NCBI GenBank assembly: GCA_043228905.1
Contig: JBHGNT010000002.1
Coordinates: forward strand, 18,538,001 to 18,602,000
Length of the DNA stretch: 64,000 bases
Direction of reading: 5' to 3'
Source of the DNA: Azolla caroliniana
Taxonomy: Eukaryota > Plantae > Polypodiophyta
The notes beneath the pieces are model-generated. The model was not told where the DNA came from, searched no databases, and was given only the letters and a program-made list of their open reading frames with translations. Positions 11,789 through 25,810 of the stretch are shown here, piece after piece (within the stretch, counting starts at the first letter, position 1; each line of letters begins with the position of its first letter). A program made the translations under genes and the position numbers.

Positions 11789-14700
11789 CTAAGAAGGGGT
11801 ATTCATACATTGAAGCACAAAGTCTCTATGTGTTAGTAAAGCATACACATATGAGCTCAACCTTCTAGGTGGTGTCTTAAGTATGGCACTTAAGTTATCA
11901 CTACCTCTTAGTATGTTAGCATATCTTGAACGAATTGCACTATATTTTGAGCATGTGAAGAGCAAGTGACATTCATCCTTTACCATGCCTTCATTGCATA
12001 CTTTACATGTCTTCAAAATTATTCATTACATTTTGATACCATGATGCAACTTCAATACCTAACTTGTGAGATCGACTGCGAAGTAGTGTAAGGGCTCTAT
12101 GAGCATCACTACTCATATTGATAATGAGATAAGGTTGGATACGATCAATCGACATTCTTGCTTTATATTGAGACCAACATTCAGGATTGACATTTGCAAT
12201 CTAGTATTCTAGCTTTGTCCTCTTAGCATCCTCCCACTTCATCCTTAATGATTCCACCAACCTTTCCTCAATCATTACATACTGCATAGCATTGCCCGAA
12301 AGCTCTAAAAGATCATCCACACCCCATCTTCTAAACCATTTCCTTATGTCAACAACCCAACCAGATGAGAAAATCCTACTTTTATGATTCTTTTGTAGCT
12401 TACATCCAACATTCCAAGCAAGATGTGATAATCGATGATTCGGCATATGCTTGACTTTTGTAATGTATTTATATACTCTTTGGAGTGCCAACAGTTCTAT
12501 GGGTCGAACACCTGTTTCCAAGAGCATAACCTGGTAACAGGTAGTGCATTTAACTCCTAATTGCCTCCTTAAAAATATCTTTTGAATTTTCTCAATCTCG
12601 TTCCATGCATTAAGAGAGATGGTGCCGCCCCAATCTTCTACTCCATAAAGCAATACTTGAGTTACCATGGCATTGAACAACATTAGTTTTACTTCCCATC
12701 CACAAGTATCACTTTGGTTGCATTGGTTCTCCAAAAGGTAAAATGATTTCCAACCGGCTTGGAGTCTAGAATCAAAGCATGCACTCCATTTATTTGTGGC
12801 GGGTACATCAATACCAAGATATTTAAAGCTTCAAGAACAAATTGTATATGTTCACCTTTATATGTGAGCATAGGGTAATGATGAGGTTGGATGGTTTGCA
12901 CTACCATCATTTTTGTTTTCTCCACATTTACTGCTAGTCCACTACTATGGCAAAGTTCTTCTAATACCCCAAGTAAATGTTGCATACTATCAACATCATA
13001 TGAGAAGAGTACCACATCATCTGCATATAGAAGCAATAAGATAACATGTTGCATCAAATTGGGGCCATTCAATCCTTCTTCTCTTGCAACCTTATTCACC
13101 ACTTCTTCTAATTTATCAATACATAAGCCAAAGAGTGTGGGTGATAGTGGACATCCTTGCTAGACCCCCATGTTACTTAAGAAGTGCTTTGAGAATCCAC
13201 TATCTGTTTTTAGTTGGCATTTAACTTGTTCATATAGGCGTGCAACCGCAACTCAGTACACTAATGGCATGTCAATGTTTACCTTTCTATTTCAAAGCTC
13301 ACTTCATGGTACGGTATCAAAAGCTTTCTTGAAATCAACAAAACAACAATAAAGTGTTTTTCCTTGCAGTCAAATCTCTTCCATGATTACTCGTAATGTG
13401 ACCAAATGATCCACGATGGAGTGTTTTGGTCTAAATCCGGCTTGCCCAAGTGCTCTTTTGCTTGTACTCTCAGCCCATGTGCTTATCTTTTGCTCCATAA
13501 TAGTGCTATATAATTTAGCAATAGTTGAACTCACCATTATTGTATGATAATTTGATACTTGATTCCTATCTCCGGCTTTAAATATTGGTTTAATCCAATT
13601 CATAAGCCAATCATTTGGAAATCCTTGTTTTATAGCTTGCTCTAAAATGGTCATTATCCAATGACAAGTAGCTTGAATCTGCTGCTTTCCCACTTGCCAT
13701 CTTCTTTATTCCCTTATTGACATCATCAATATCGATACATGTAATGCATGGAGTTTCAATTTTCTCAACCATAGGAGCCACACCTTCATGCATATATAAC
13801 CTTTGTACATAGTCTAGCATCTCTTCATTTGTAAAGTGACCTTTCACATCTTTTTTACCCTTGAGTTGTCCCCATGCTAATTTTGGTTTGAACTTAAACA
13901 AGTTTTTCTTTTTCATCTCTTGCATTTGAAAATATCTTCTTTTCTTTCTCCTCACTACTTTCTTGTATATGTGCCATGCAACAATATTTTCATTCCCCCC
14001 TTTTATGGACTTAAACCATTTGAGATACATCTTACATTCATCGTCGAACCAAGAATTACATGGAAAACTACACACCTTATGCCCACCCACATGTCTCTTA
14101 AAGCATTGATATCCAACCTTAAGGATTATATCCTTCAAACGTTGCCAATTTTCTTTAACATCGTTGCTTAGAGAAAAATTTAACAAATGGTTCTCCACTT
14201 CCTTTGCATACATCTTAGCTTTTTCGTAGCAAGGTCTGATGATACATCTCTTTTCGTCTTTCACTCCACGACATCTAGTTGAATGTGGAATTGCAAGATC
14301 TAAGTACAATGGCTTGTGGTCTGAGTCTGAAGATAGAGAACCAACTTTAAACACATTCACCAATGATAGATCACATGCCAACATTAATGCATAATCAACC
14401 ACACTTCCTCCACCCGAGGATAGTAAACATGTGAGCACATTTGTCAATGGGAATGCCTTTATACCATTTAGGATAATCAAGTTTGTGCAATTTAGCATAT
14501 GTATCAAATGTTTTCCATAATCTAACATGAGACAATCCTCTGAGTCACGCACTAGACAATGTTCAACTACATTTTCTTCAAATGTCTCCACATTTTGGAA
14601 ATTTCCAACTCTTGCATTGAAGTCTCCCATAATTAAAACTTTACCAAGATTCTCAAATGAAAGTATATCATGGCATAATTCTATAAAAGGATCATCACAA

Positions 14701-15095
14701 TCTAACCCAAACCTACTATAGTAGTTTGAGTCTTTGTGAGGAATGTAACATGCAACTATATACAACTTCTCATTCCCCAAATTAACATCTATCCATATGT
14801 ATCTCTTATAGTCATCATATTTGCATACTTTGATAGAATTATCTAAGCTCTCATGGTAGATACATGCTATCCTAACACGCCCAATATTCCCTTTGGAGTG
14901 AGGCCATATCGATTTTATGAGGTAACCGTCTATTTTAGGTATACATTTTGCCTCATGCTCCCATGTTTCAACCAAAAATAGAATATCCATACCTTGACCT
15001 ACATCATTGAGTCCTAAACCCTTATTCCATGGATATCCTCTACAATTCCAAAACATTACTTTCAATCGTGAAACACTTATGGTTCCATAGGTCAT
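11789..15095 (-). pseudogene. LINE A ORF2: AP endonuclease, reverse transcriptase, C-terminal CCHC finger (frameshifted)
   Basis: WNCRG, LVETW, MGDFNAR, VVDY, SDHKP (APE); QAGFR, CCFVDFKKAFD, QGCPLSPTLFG, LLYADD (RT); CKVC...HLLFTC. Confidence 0.92.
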
Positions 15096-15172
15096 TGCTT
15101 ACTATGCATTTTGATTTGCTTTCCGAGATGCATATGCTTGCCTTCTACGTTCTATCTAGAATCATTGCCCTT

Positions 15173-15877
15173 CTATCTAGAATCATTACTACTATCTAGA
15201 ATCATTGCCCTTCTATGTTCATCGAGGATTGTACAAACAATAGCTCGAGATGCATTTCCCTCTAGTTGCTTTTTGCCAACCCTATGTGTAGCATATACAA
15301 TAACATCTCGCATAGTAAAGTGATCTTCAAAGAATTTCGTAATATTTTGTCCAAGAGATAATGCATTCTCTATTTCATTCTCTTGCATACCTCTAATGAC
15401 AATATTATTCTTTCTTCTTTCGATTTCATATTGCTTCTTTGCATCTACCACATCCATGGTATTAGAATGTCTTTGCATGATTTTTGGTGTTTCTTTCAAG
15501 AGAACACCTTTCCACCTTGTCATGATCACATCTTCCTTCCCTTCAATTGTAGATTTTATTTCAGCATTTGCTTTCAGTAAAATCTCTTTTTCTGCTTCAA
15601 GACTCAACATTTTTCTTTCTATTTCAAGCATCCTATTATCTTGCATTTGAATAGTCATGTTCTTCATTGCATGTAGTTCTTCACGCAAAGCTTTAATCTC
15701 TAACTTTTGCATTTCCAGTGTATGTTTAAGAGTTAATTCCCTCTCCTTGCAAGCATACATTTCACTTTGCATATGCATCACTATCTCTTGCAATGAGATA
15801 TACATAGTTGCGATCTTTTCCATCGATAAAGTATGCATTTGATTGTTTGGGCTTTCAATCACATCATCATCTTGCAT
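15173..15877 (-). CDS. LINE A ORF1 (coiled coil plus RRM-like region), damaged at the 3' end
   Basis: Coiled coil followed by RRKNNIVIRGMQE...HRVGK...RAIVC, directly upstream of ORF2. Confidence 0.8.
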   Translation of the reverse strand: MQDDDVIESPNNQMHTLSMEKIATMYISLQEIVMHMQSEMYACKERELTLKHTLEMQKLEIKALREELHAMKNMTIQMQDNRMLEIERKMLSLEAEKEILLKANAEIKSTIEGKEDVIMTRWKGVLLKETPKIMQRHSNTMDVVDAKKQYEIERRKNNIVIRGMQENEIENALSLGQNITKFFEDHFTMRDVIVYATHRVGKKQLEGNASRAIVCTILDEHRRAMILDSSNDSR

Positions 15878-16317
15878 ATTTACTATTAATAAAATAATAG
15901 AATAAGTAGAATGTACCTTTCAATCAATTTAGGGTTTCAAAATATACCTAGAGTTGGAGGAACCGGGGGGCAAAAAGGGTTGCGGACGAAAATGCTCATA
16001 ACTCCTCACTACGGTAACGGAATTCAGGAAATAAACATTCGTTAGAAAGCTCTTGCTTTCCAACGAGAAATAGACGCACAACAAGAAGAAGGGGGGAGAG
16101 AGAGAGAGAGAAGAAAGAAAGAAAGAAAGATATATTAACGTCTTCTAAGGCCAAATTTGGCCCATGAGACAATTGGTTTACAACAAAATGAGTATTTATC
16201 TAGTCATCCTAACTAAAATAAAATAAAGTAAACATAGAACTTAAGCTAAAAGAGTTCTAGTAGTGTACAATACGTGGTATACTCGATAAAGGAAGTGACT
16301 TTACACTAATCCTAATT

Positions 16318-19300
16318 TTATTTCCACGCAAGCCTCTCGAAAAGAAGTGGGGGGTCAAAGGGTTTTGATGTGTGTGTGACCCGTGGTTCCAATGTAGAGA
16401 GTGCCCTAGCCATGGCTTCTAGGTGGTGTAGCTCACGTTCCCTTATTTTCATTATTGCTTCCACACCACGTCGAGTTGCTTTGAAACCCGGCACCCGAGG
16501 ACGTCTGGTTCTTCTTTGGTTTTCAGCCTCATCAAGGGAAAGGCCGAGTGATGCAAATGTGTCAACACTTGTTGGCTCCCCCTGTTCCTGAAAAACTTCA
16601 TTTGTTACATGTTGGTGAACATTAACAACATTATTGTCAACATTTTGTAACTTATTCTCTCTGTGTTGTCTTAACTCTAGAATGTATTTGCCTAATTTCT
16701 TTATATCTAGAGTATCTAATAGTTTGGGGAGGGTGGGAGAAGAACCAAGTATGTCTTGGTATTTTGCCCTTATCTCGGCATAGATTGGGCACTTGCATGT
16801 AAAGTGATACTCATCCTCTATCTCTCTATGTGACATAACCTACATATCCTTTCCTCCCTAAGGAGTCCATTAGTACGGTCATTTTCAATCTCAAGTTGGT
16901 GAAATGATATTCTAAGTTGTCCAATGGCAACCCTTAGTACATGTGGTAAGAATACATCTAGATATTTTGGTCGCGTGATAAAACCTAACTCAGAGAAGTG
17001 CATGAACTGTTCCTTATAGTACAACATTTTAGATGGGAGTGGCTCTCATGGGGTGATCCATTTATACCGAGTGTAAATTTGCCATATGTCTTGGCATATT
17101 ACTTTATTGTGGTCCTCATGAGAGATTAAAGTGTTATCAATCGTGTGGTTGTACCTAAGGGGAGGTAGGTTATTAATGTTTAGACCATTCACAAGAAGCC
17201 AACTCACCATCATGCCATACCATGAGCTAGTATGGCCGGACTCATACAATGATCGAGAGGCCTTAAAGGCTTGATGAGATATTCTATCATGTGGTTGGTT
17301 ATGTGTCCTATGAAAAAGACTACAAGTTGGAAAAGTGCCTCTACTAACATTGGGGGTAACATAAACTCAGCCCTAATAATGTCATGTGGTACTGTTGATT
17401 TGCTTCGGAGTTGGCGTGATAACATCATCACCAATGGTCTCTCTAATTCAGTTCACATGAAAGATGGTAATCCTGGAGCCCAAACAGCTGATGCATACAT
17501 GAGGGAGGGGGTCACTAATGAGTCAAAGAACCACCCTTTAGTCCGTGGCTCTTGAAAGTATGTTTGGTGGCATTGTCTCTCTAGGAGTGAGAGAGATGCA
17601 TGTCCTCTCGTAAGTATATCCTTCACTGCCTGTGTCATCGAAAATTTACCTGAGCGAGCACTGAAAGTGACTCCAAGATAGATGTATGACCCAACCACCT
17701 CAATTGCACTATGGGAGATAGTTAGGTGACACTTAGCTTTAACTTGGGCCGATGTGTGGAAGATAAGGACTTTAGTTTTCCCTAGATTCACTACCAATCC
17801 TCGTTGTGCACAAAAGTCATCTAAGGCATTAAGGTGCCTTTGTAGGTCGTGTTCGGATTCAAAGAGCAAAACTATGTCATCCGCATAGAGCAAGATACGA
17901 ACCTGCGTATCCCAAGGACTACTCTGTTGCCTCCCTTACGAGCAATAAAATCTGTGATCTCATCAATGTAGATCCCAAAAAGTGTCGGTGATAGGGGGCA
18001 ACCTTGTTTTACACCAATAGTGCTTGTGAAACAATTGGACAGGCCACCTAGGCATCCAACACACCCGGACACTTGTTCATATGGTGCGTAGATGGCCCAG
18101 ACCATGTCATCTGGTATCCTCAAGCTTTTAAGCCTATCAAACAACCGCTCTCTAGGGACTGTGTCAAAGGCCTTGGGGAAGTTCACAAAACAACAATATA
18201 ATTTCTTCTTGCGAGCCTTAGTTTGGTCAATTAAGCATCTAAGTGTGAAGATATGATCAATGGTGGAGAAGGCTCGTTTAAAGCCAGCTTGTTTAGGTGC
18301 ACGAAGATTTAGGGTCTCCATATAATCGCTAAGCTCTGCTTCCATTACTGCACCATATAATTTAGCAAGGGTGTGACCTATCATAATGTTCCTATATGTA
18401 TTTGGGTCCATGGGGTCCCCCCCTTTATGTATGGGGGCCACTGTGTTCATAGTTCACTGTGGTGGAAAACCTTCCGCAAGGGCACAATTGAAGATTAGAG
18501 TTAGCAAGGGAGTTAGGCACTCTCTCGCATATATAATGTGTTCTGCTCGCAATCTTGTGTGGTCCATGGACTTCCTATGTTGTAATTTCTTTATGACCTT
18601 CGCGACCCTAGAGGTCGTGAAAAGTGTCCCCGTGGTAGGTCGGGGTGTGGAAGGCATTGGAATGGGTGGTTGGTTTGGGATTTGGTAAAGTCTCTTTGTA
18701 TATCTGTGCCAGGTTTCAGGATCTTCAATGGGTGTTTGTGGTCTTGGCTCCCATAGTCTCTTCCATGCCGTGGCGCAATCACTACTCATGAGCATATGGT
18801 AGAGTTCCCAATATTGGGATGCCTCCCACACCCGTCTCTTACGACGTGTCATCTTGCGCATTTCTTTGCGAGCTTGTATGGAGGTAATACTACCATTGAG
18901 TTGTGATACTGTAAGTTGTCTATGTATGTCCCTACAATCCTCATCATACCATTTATTTTGTGGCATAGATCCTGATCTACCTTGATTTGAGTGTTTTGTA
19001 TATGGGAAACTACTAGTTGTTGCGGAGTGAAGGATGTGTGTGAGTTTCGTACTAAGGCTTTCTAAAGGTAGGGAGGGATCAAGGGAGGAGAGATGGACCT
19101 GAACATGTTGAGAGTATATGTCAGAGAGCTCATGTGTGAAATGTATTGTGGTGTGATGACGTGGTTGACTAGAGTTGGTGACCTTAGAGATATCACATTT
19201 TAGCTCGAAGTATAAGAAACTATGGTCTGCGCCAATAGGGCATGGAGCCACCCAGAAGGAGTTAATCATGTGGGTAGCTTCAAGGCGTCCTATTAGATAA

Positions 19301-20061
19301 TCAATTGTGCTTTCTCCTCCTCCATGTGGGAAACATGTGAGCTCATCCAAGCCCGACCACTTGGCTAAACCATTATATATGACCATCCGATGCCGACTAC
19401 CAAGTTCGAGTAGATGATGGCCAAAGCTCGTGGCGTCCGCACCTTGATCCTTTGATCTACGTCTGGTGCCTATGTCTAAAGGCTCAACATTTACCATTTC
19501 TAGGTTTCTATTCATCTGAAATACTATGCATTGTCGGGATTGGGTTCTCGCATTGAAGTCTCCTACAAGGAATACTTCTCCTTGGGAAGAATATCGGATT
19601 ATGTCATCCGATAGAGGTTCGTATGGGGAGGGCCCATGTGTCATTCCTTCATCAACTAATCTCGCCGAGCCAGCAATATTATAACGGGATCCTTTTGGGG
19701 GAAAGTAACAAATGGCGAAAAATACTACCTGGTCCTTGCTTGTGGAGACTTTCACCCACATAAAACGAGTGTCTGGGTCTGTCCTCAGTATTTCTATCGT
19801 ATTATGTATCTCTCTACGAAACAATATCGCGACACCTCCAAATCCCTTGGTAGTGTGTCAACGTGAGGTTTGTCTAAAAGCGGACTCCCAACGCAATCCT
19901 TCGACCTGTGGGAGTCCTCTATTTGGGCTTTGGTGTGTTTCTACCAAGAAAAGTATATATGATACCTTTAATATCTCCTCTAGGCGGACGGGGTGTGTCC
20001 AGAGTGCGTCGTTACAAGTCCATAAGGTCATCCTAAGTGCATTTTCTGTCACATGGGCCAC
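16318..20061 (-). pseudogene. LINE B ORF2: APE-RT-CCHC (frameshifted)
   Basis: LVETH, VGDFNAR, STIDY, ADHS; QAGFKR, YCCFVNFPKAFD, GVKQGCPLSPTLFG, LYADD; CRLC...HFTCKC. Confidence 0.92.
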
Positions 20062-20067
20062 ACACCA

Positions 20068-20880
20068 TCAATTTGTAGTGCGATCATTTATGATCACTCG
20101 CCCATATTGGTAAAAGGCACGATGCCCTTCTTTACGAGCTTGCATAACTCGTGGCATACAACTCTTGCGATGCTCAATTTGCATCTTAGTGAGGTCTTCA
20201 TCGAGATAGATAGGGTCCCCACCCAATCCTCGAAGAATTGGTCTCTTCTTAAAGAAGGTGATTCTAGAGTCTAAGTCTTTAAATTGAAGGACTAAGGCTT
20301 TCTTCCTAGTTGTGTCACGTCCGGCCCTCTATGCTTTGGTGATAGGTAGGGCCCATGTATACCCTAACATGTTCCCAAGTGTTTGTGCATCCTCATCTGG
20401 GGATGCACCTTCCTTGAGCCCAATGACACGTACATTTAAGCGTTGGGCCTGACACATTTTCTCTTCTTCAAGGGTGGTATTAACAATATTTTCATATTTT
20501 ATTTCTTTTTTAATGTTTCTTTTAACCACGTCTACCCAACCCGTTTTAGCTAACTCTATGTTATTTTTAACTTCCTCTTTAACTTTTTTAATCTCGTCCT
20601 TTATATCCTCTATGGAGGATATTTCGCCATCCTCTCGAGATACCTCGATGTCATTAAGTTGTTTTTTAAGGTTGGTGTTTTCCACTTTAAGTTTTTCTAT
20701 TTCAGCCTTGAGGGCGTCTTTTTCCACTCTATCTTTTTTCTTGTGGGTTTCGGCGTCTTTCACCCATTTTTTCATATCCATCTCTACTTTTGTTAAACGA
20801 TTCAACATATCTAAAAAGTCCTCCTTACTTATACCCTCGTCTTGTGTATCCTTATGTTCCTTAGTTCATTTAGACATCAT
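20068..20880 (-). pseudogene. LINE B ORF1 (coiled coil plus RRM/CTD), with in-frame stops
   Basis: ORF 20329-20808 reads through a TAG into RAGRD...ALVLQFKD...IYLDEDLT; RLNVRVIGLKE motif. Confidence 0.8.
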
Positions 20881-21924
20881 TGTGGTGTCAATAAGCAAAA
20901 AAAAAAGATAAAATAAATGGGTTCGAGACTTAGCCGAGTTTGTGTGTATTCGTAGTCACATCGGCATGTTGTAGCACGCGATGAGCACGCCACAAGAATC
21001 CACCCACGGACGCGCCAAGAAAAACGGCACTCAACAATGTCAAGAAATGAAAGAGAAGAAACACGCCATGACAATGACAGCGACGGCCAAGAACCAACGA
21101 CGATAGATGAAGACAACATCGACGGCGACAAACGGCGACAGGCGGCGGCAGTTGTCAGACAACAGCGACAGCGGCAGCAGACGGCAGCAGACGGCGGCAG
21201 TCGTTAGACGACAACGATAGTGGCAGTAGATGGCAACAGACAGTGGCAGTCGTCAGACGATGGCGACAACAGACAGCAGCAGTCGTCCGACGATGGCAAC
21301 AGCGACGGCGACGGTCGTAGACGATGACGGCAACAACACCAAAAAGAGTCGTTACTAGAGACAAAGGCAAAGAGAGAGAGCGAGAGAGAGAGATTACTAA
21401 GTTGCATGGAAGCAATGGTTTGAATGGCAAATAAGGGGACATGCTCTAATATGTATCGATGTGTACAGTTTCCCCGTTCCGCAAAGAATATGGTTTTGTA
21501 GTTAGGTGCAACATGTGTAGTATAATGTGTGAAGCGTGAGCCTCCACATTTGTCCTATGTCATTAGAGACAGAGAGAGAGAGAGAGTGGGAGAGAGACAG
21601 ACAGACTATCTTCATGATTTACTGACTACTCAAGATCTTGTACAATTAAGATCCCCATACAACATTAGCTAGGATCGTGGATCGACAACCTCAAATGAAA
21701 TTGACTACAAGAGGGACACTTGGACACAGACATAACAATGGAAGGATGTGCAATGTTTTTTCATATTTGAAATCCATTTTGATTGAATGTGATTTTTAAT
21801 TTTAACACAACTGATGATCAACTTTTTAAACCCAAATATTGGATTATTTTTACATTTTTAAGTTTTTCCTCCTCATTGAATTAGAACTAAAATTTTGGCC
21901 AAAAGTTGGCACACCGTAGCATGC

Positions 21925-22136
21925 TTTAACCCTATAGCGAGAACGGAAAGCAGTCTTCCATTCATCCCCAAGAAGAATTTGAACAAGGTTGTAAGGACCT
22001 CGAAGATCTAACTTTGTGAAATATTTAGCTCTGCTAAGGTGTTCCAGAAGGCTTGAGATCAATGTTAGAGCATATCGGTTTCGAATATTTATTCAATCCT
22101 TGATAATCCACGACCCGACAAAGCGAACCATCTTTC
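21925..22136 (-). mobile_element. Chromovirus RT fragment (downstream half of the element split by the copia insertion)
   Basis: KDGSL...NRYAL...[10 protein letters not shown]...[11 protein letters not shown]; joins in frame with 38771-39380. Confidence 0.88.
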
Positions 22137-25100
22137 TAATGGGAAACGAACCACAAGTAGACGAGATAGATCAATTGAAGATACACAACATAGAAAACAA
22201 CAAGATACAAGATATGCACAATACACAAAATACAGAGGTTGTACATGGAAACCCTTAAACAGGGAAAAACCACAGGAGAACATATCTTCACTATAAAGTG
22301 GATATACAAGAGAAGGAAACTAGATTACATCCTCTACATAGTAGAGTATTCCCCTTAGGGTTGAAACAACAAGTATCTCTCTGATTGTGTCTGCACACAA
22401 GCTCTTTGTATCGCAACAATCCTATTCTCTCTAACTCTCTATTACACTACAAAAACTCTATTCTGCATCTACTATTCTACTCTACATGTTTTCCCTGTTA
22501 AGTGTATTTATACTTATACACAGTATGGGCTATTTACAAATGTAGTCTCTACTACTATCATTTCTATTATTATAGTAGTAAAAAAAACAATTAATCTTCT
22601 GACTAGTCGACTAGTCGATTCGACTAGCCGACTAAAGTGTCGATTGCCTAGTCGGCCCGACTAGTCGGCCTTGTTGTCAACTATCCAGTCGGCCCTACTA
22701 GTCGGTCTTGTCTTCGACTTGGATCACTTATACTGTCAACTCTACCAGTTGACTCTCCTCGTCAACTCTCCATGTTGACTCTCTCTAAATCAACTCTCAC
22801 TCTTAGATTGTCGGCTCTCAGCTCGACCAGACGGCTACTCCCTGTCTTCAATTATCGGCTCTCTCTCAGCCAAAGAGTTGGCTACTCCTTGTCTTCAACT
22901 GTCAACTCTTACTCAGCCGAACAGTTGGCTCCTCCCATAAGAGGGACATATTCCTAACAAAATCCCCTTTCACTCCTATAGGTGGAGTCTGTTAGTATTT
23001 TCATCTGTTCATCAATGGGTTCTTTGTGAGCATGCCAGGTCTATTGTCGTCAGTATGGATCTTCACAAGGGTAAACTCTCCTTCTTCCACTTTCTTCCGC
23101 AACCAGTGATACCTCCTCTATGTATGTTTGGTCTAAGAGTGGTATGCCACATTCTTGGCTAGATGTATGGCACTTTGGTTGTCACAATGAAGCAAGAACT
23201 CCCTTTGCTTCATTTCCAACTCACTAAGAAAAATTCACATCCAAATTAGCTCTTTGCAAGCCTCTACCACTGCCATATACTCTGCCTCTGTGGTCGACAA
23301 GGCCACAGACTTCTACAGTCGTGACTGCCACGACATTGCTTCCCCTACATAGGTCATCACATATCCTGATGTGGATCCACTTGAGTCAATATCACCCAAC
23401 ATGTCCGAGTCTGTAAACCCTTCGAGCATATGTTTTCTAACACCATACCTTAGGCATACCCTCGAGGTGTCTTTCAAGTACCTAACTATCCACTTCACTG
23501 CTACCCAGTGTTCTCGTCCTGGGTTACTCATGTATCGGCTTACTGTCCCCAGAGCAAATGCTATGTCTGGTCTCGTGCAGACCATAGCATACATTAAACT
23601 GTCGATGGCCGAAGCATACAGAACTTTCCTCATCTTGGCCTTCTCCTTCTCGCTCTTCGGGCATTGCCTAGCATTCAGCATGTAGTTTGTTGGCAACACA
23701 GAGCCGACTAGCTTTGCTTTCTACATGTTGAATCTTTGTCACATACTTCTCTTGTGACAACCACAACACTTTCTTAGTTCTATCTCGAACTATGTGCATC
23801 CCTAAGATCTGTTTGGCCGGTCCAGGATCTTTCATGGGAAAGGACTTGCCTAATGCTTTCTTCAAACTCCCGATCTTCTTAATGTCTTGTCTGACTATCA
23901 ACATGTCATCCACATATAATACGAGAATCAAGAAGTCGCCTTCATCATACCTTTTGACAAACACACATTGATCAACCTGTGTTTTGTGGAACCCATGTTC
24001 TAACATGAAGGATACAAACTTCTTGTAGCATTGGCGTGGAGCTTGTTTTAGACCATACAAGCTTTTCTTCAATCCATGCACCAGGTTCTCTTTTCCTTTC
24101 TCCACAAAGCCTTCGGGTTGTTGCATATAGATTTCTTCATCCAACTCCCCGTGCAAGAATGTTGCTTTGACATCCAACTGATCGATCTCTAGATCCCACT
24201 GGCAGCTATGCTCAGAACAGTTCTGATTGAAGTCATCTTTACGACTAGTGCAAATATTTCGTCAAAGTCGACACCCTTTTTCTGTTGAAATCCCTTCACC
24301 ACAATGCTAGCTTTCTGGGTGCACTGTCGACTTCTCCAGTCTTCACCTTATAGACCTATTTATTTCTAAGTGCTCCCTTACCTTTTGTTAGCCCCACCAA
24401 GTCGTAAGTATAATTTTCGTGCAAGGAGTCCCTCTTGTCTTGCATTGCACTCTGCCATTTCTCCTTGTGCTCATCGGCAATGGATTCATCATAGCACCTA
24501 GGCTCACCTTCATTAGTCAAGAGGATGTATTGACTAGCATATGTCGTTGGTGCTCTCCTTTCTTTAAGTGGGTATCTCGTTCCACCTATTGTCGGCTCCG
24601 GTTCGGATGTCTCGACTAACTCTTCTCTCGACTCAGGTTCATACATGTCGATCGGTTCGACTGGTCTTAACTCTGTGGTAGTGGGTGTCGACTAGGAAGT
24701 CGATTCCGACTTCTATAGTGTCCGGTCCTCAATTTTCTTTTCTTCCAAGAAGACCACGTCCCGACTCCTCACTACCTTTTTGTTGAATAACTCCCACAGC
24801 CTATAGCCGAAGTCATCCTCCGAGTACTCGAGAAATATGCATGATTTCAACTTAATGTCAAGCTTCGACCTCTGATCCTTAGCAACATGCATATACAAAA
24901 AACAACCAAACACCCTCTGATGTTAGTACGCGACATCTTTTCCTGTCCACACCTTTTGTGGGAAATCACCTTTCAATGGCACTGAGGGAGACCTGTTGAT
25001 CAGATAAACAATTGTATACATCGCCTTAGCCTGGCAGAATGATTTGGCAACTTGGCATGTGACAACATGCTCCTTACTCTTTCCATAATCGTTCGATTCA

Positions 25101-25810
25101 TTCTCTCTCCAAGCCCATTCAACTGAGGGGTCTTCAATACTATGTATTCGATTGGAATACCTTGGGCCTTGCAGTATTCTTCAAACTGCCCTCTATATTC
25201 ACCACCATTGTCGGTTCAAACAGCCTTCAACTTCCGACCCCACTCTCTTTCAGCTCTTGCTTGGAATTCCTTAAAGAATGACAGTACTTAATCTTTCAAC
25301 TTTAGCGCGGACGCCCACAACTTTTGACTATAGTTGTCAATGAAAGTTACAAAGTACAATCCACCTCGATGTGATAGAGCATCCACGTAGCACATATCAA
25401 TGTGTACTAGTTCTAGTGCAACTTCTCTTCTCCTTGGTGGTCTCGTGTGGAATGCTACTTTGTTCTGCTTTCCGACTAAGCATTTGACACACTTCTCCAA
25501 GTGCATTCCTTTCACTTTTGGGAGAAAGTTCCTGGTCGGCCAAAATATGCATTCCCTTTTCACTCATGTGGATGAGCCTCTTTTTGTGCTCGAGCCACTA
25601 CAAGGTTTCCACAGCAAAACATCCACTTGCCATTTTGGAAGCTACCACTGTAACCTTCATTATCCAACCTTTTGGTCGATATTAGATTAAATCTGATATT
25701 GGGAACATATCGAACGTCCCTCAGAGTTTGTCGACAACCTGTCGATGTCATTAGGCTTACACTTCCTATGCCAACTATCTTGCACTCTCCATTATCTTTA
25801 CATAGCCATG
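22137..25810 (-). mobile_element. Ty1/copia (Tnt1-like) retrotransposon: 3' LTR 22137-22959, PPT, RNase H, RT, integrase, partial protease; decayed
   Basis: MDVKATFLHG, LKKSLYGLKQAPR, LYVDDML, CTRPDIAFA, LELVHID, FVTFID. PPT GGAGTGAAAGGGGA precedes TGTTAGG. Confidence 0.93.

Larger units (their letters stand above)
11691..16086 (-). mobile_element. Near full-length non-LTR retrotransposon (RTE-X-like LINE A), decayed
   Basis: Has ORF1 and an APE-RT ORF2, a (TTCTAA)n 3' tail at 11691-11712, and a probable TSD AGAAGGGGG(A/G)AG (11679-11690, 16087-16098). Confidence 0.88.
16110..21370 (-). mobile_element. Near full-length RTE-X-like LINE B, decayed; 5' boundary uncertain (about 21030-21370)
   Basis: (TTTC)n tail at 16110-16130, ORF2 and ORF1 present, upstream GACGGCAGCA-type repeats, and (GA)n on both flanks. 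Confidence 0.82.

Noticed and set aside
21030-21442. Cys/Arg/Ser-rich ORFs
   Set aside because: They are translations of low-complexity GACGGCAGCA-type repeats.
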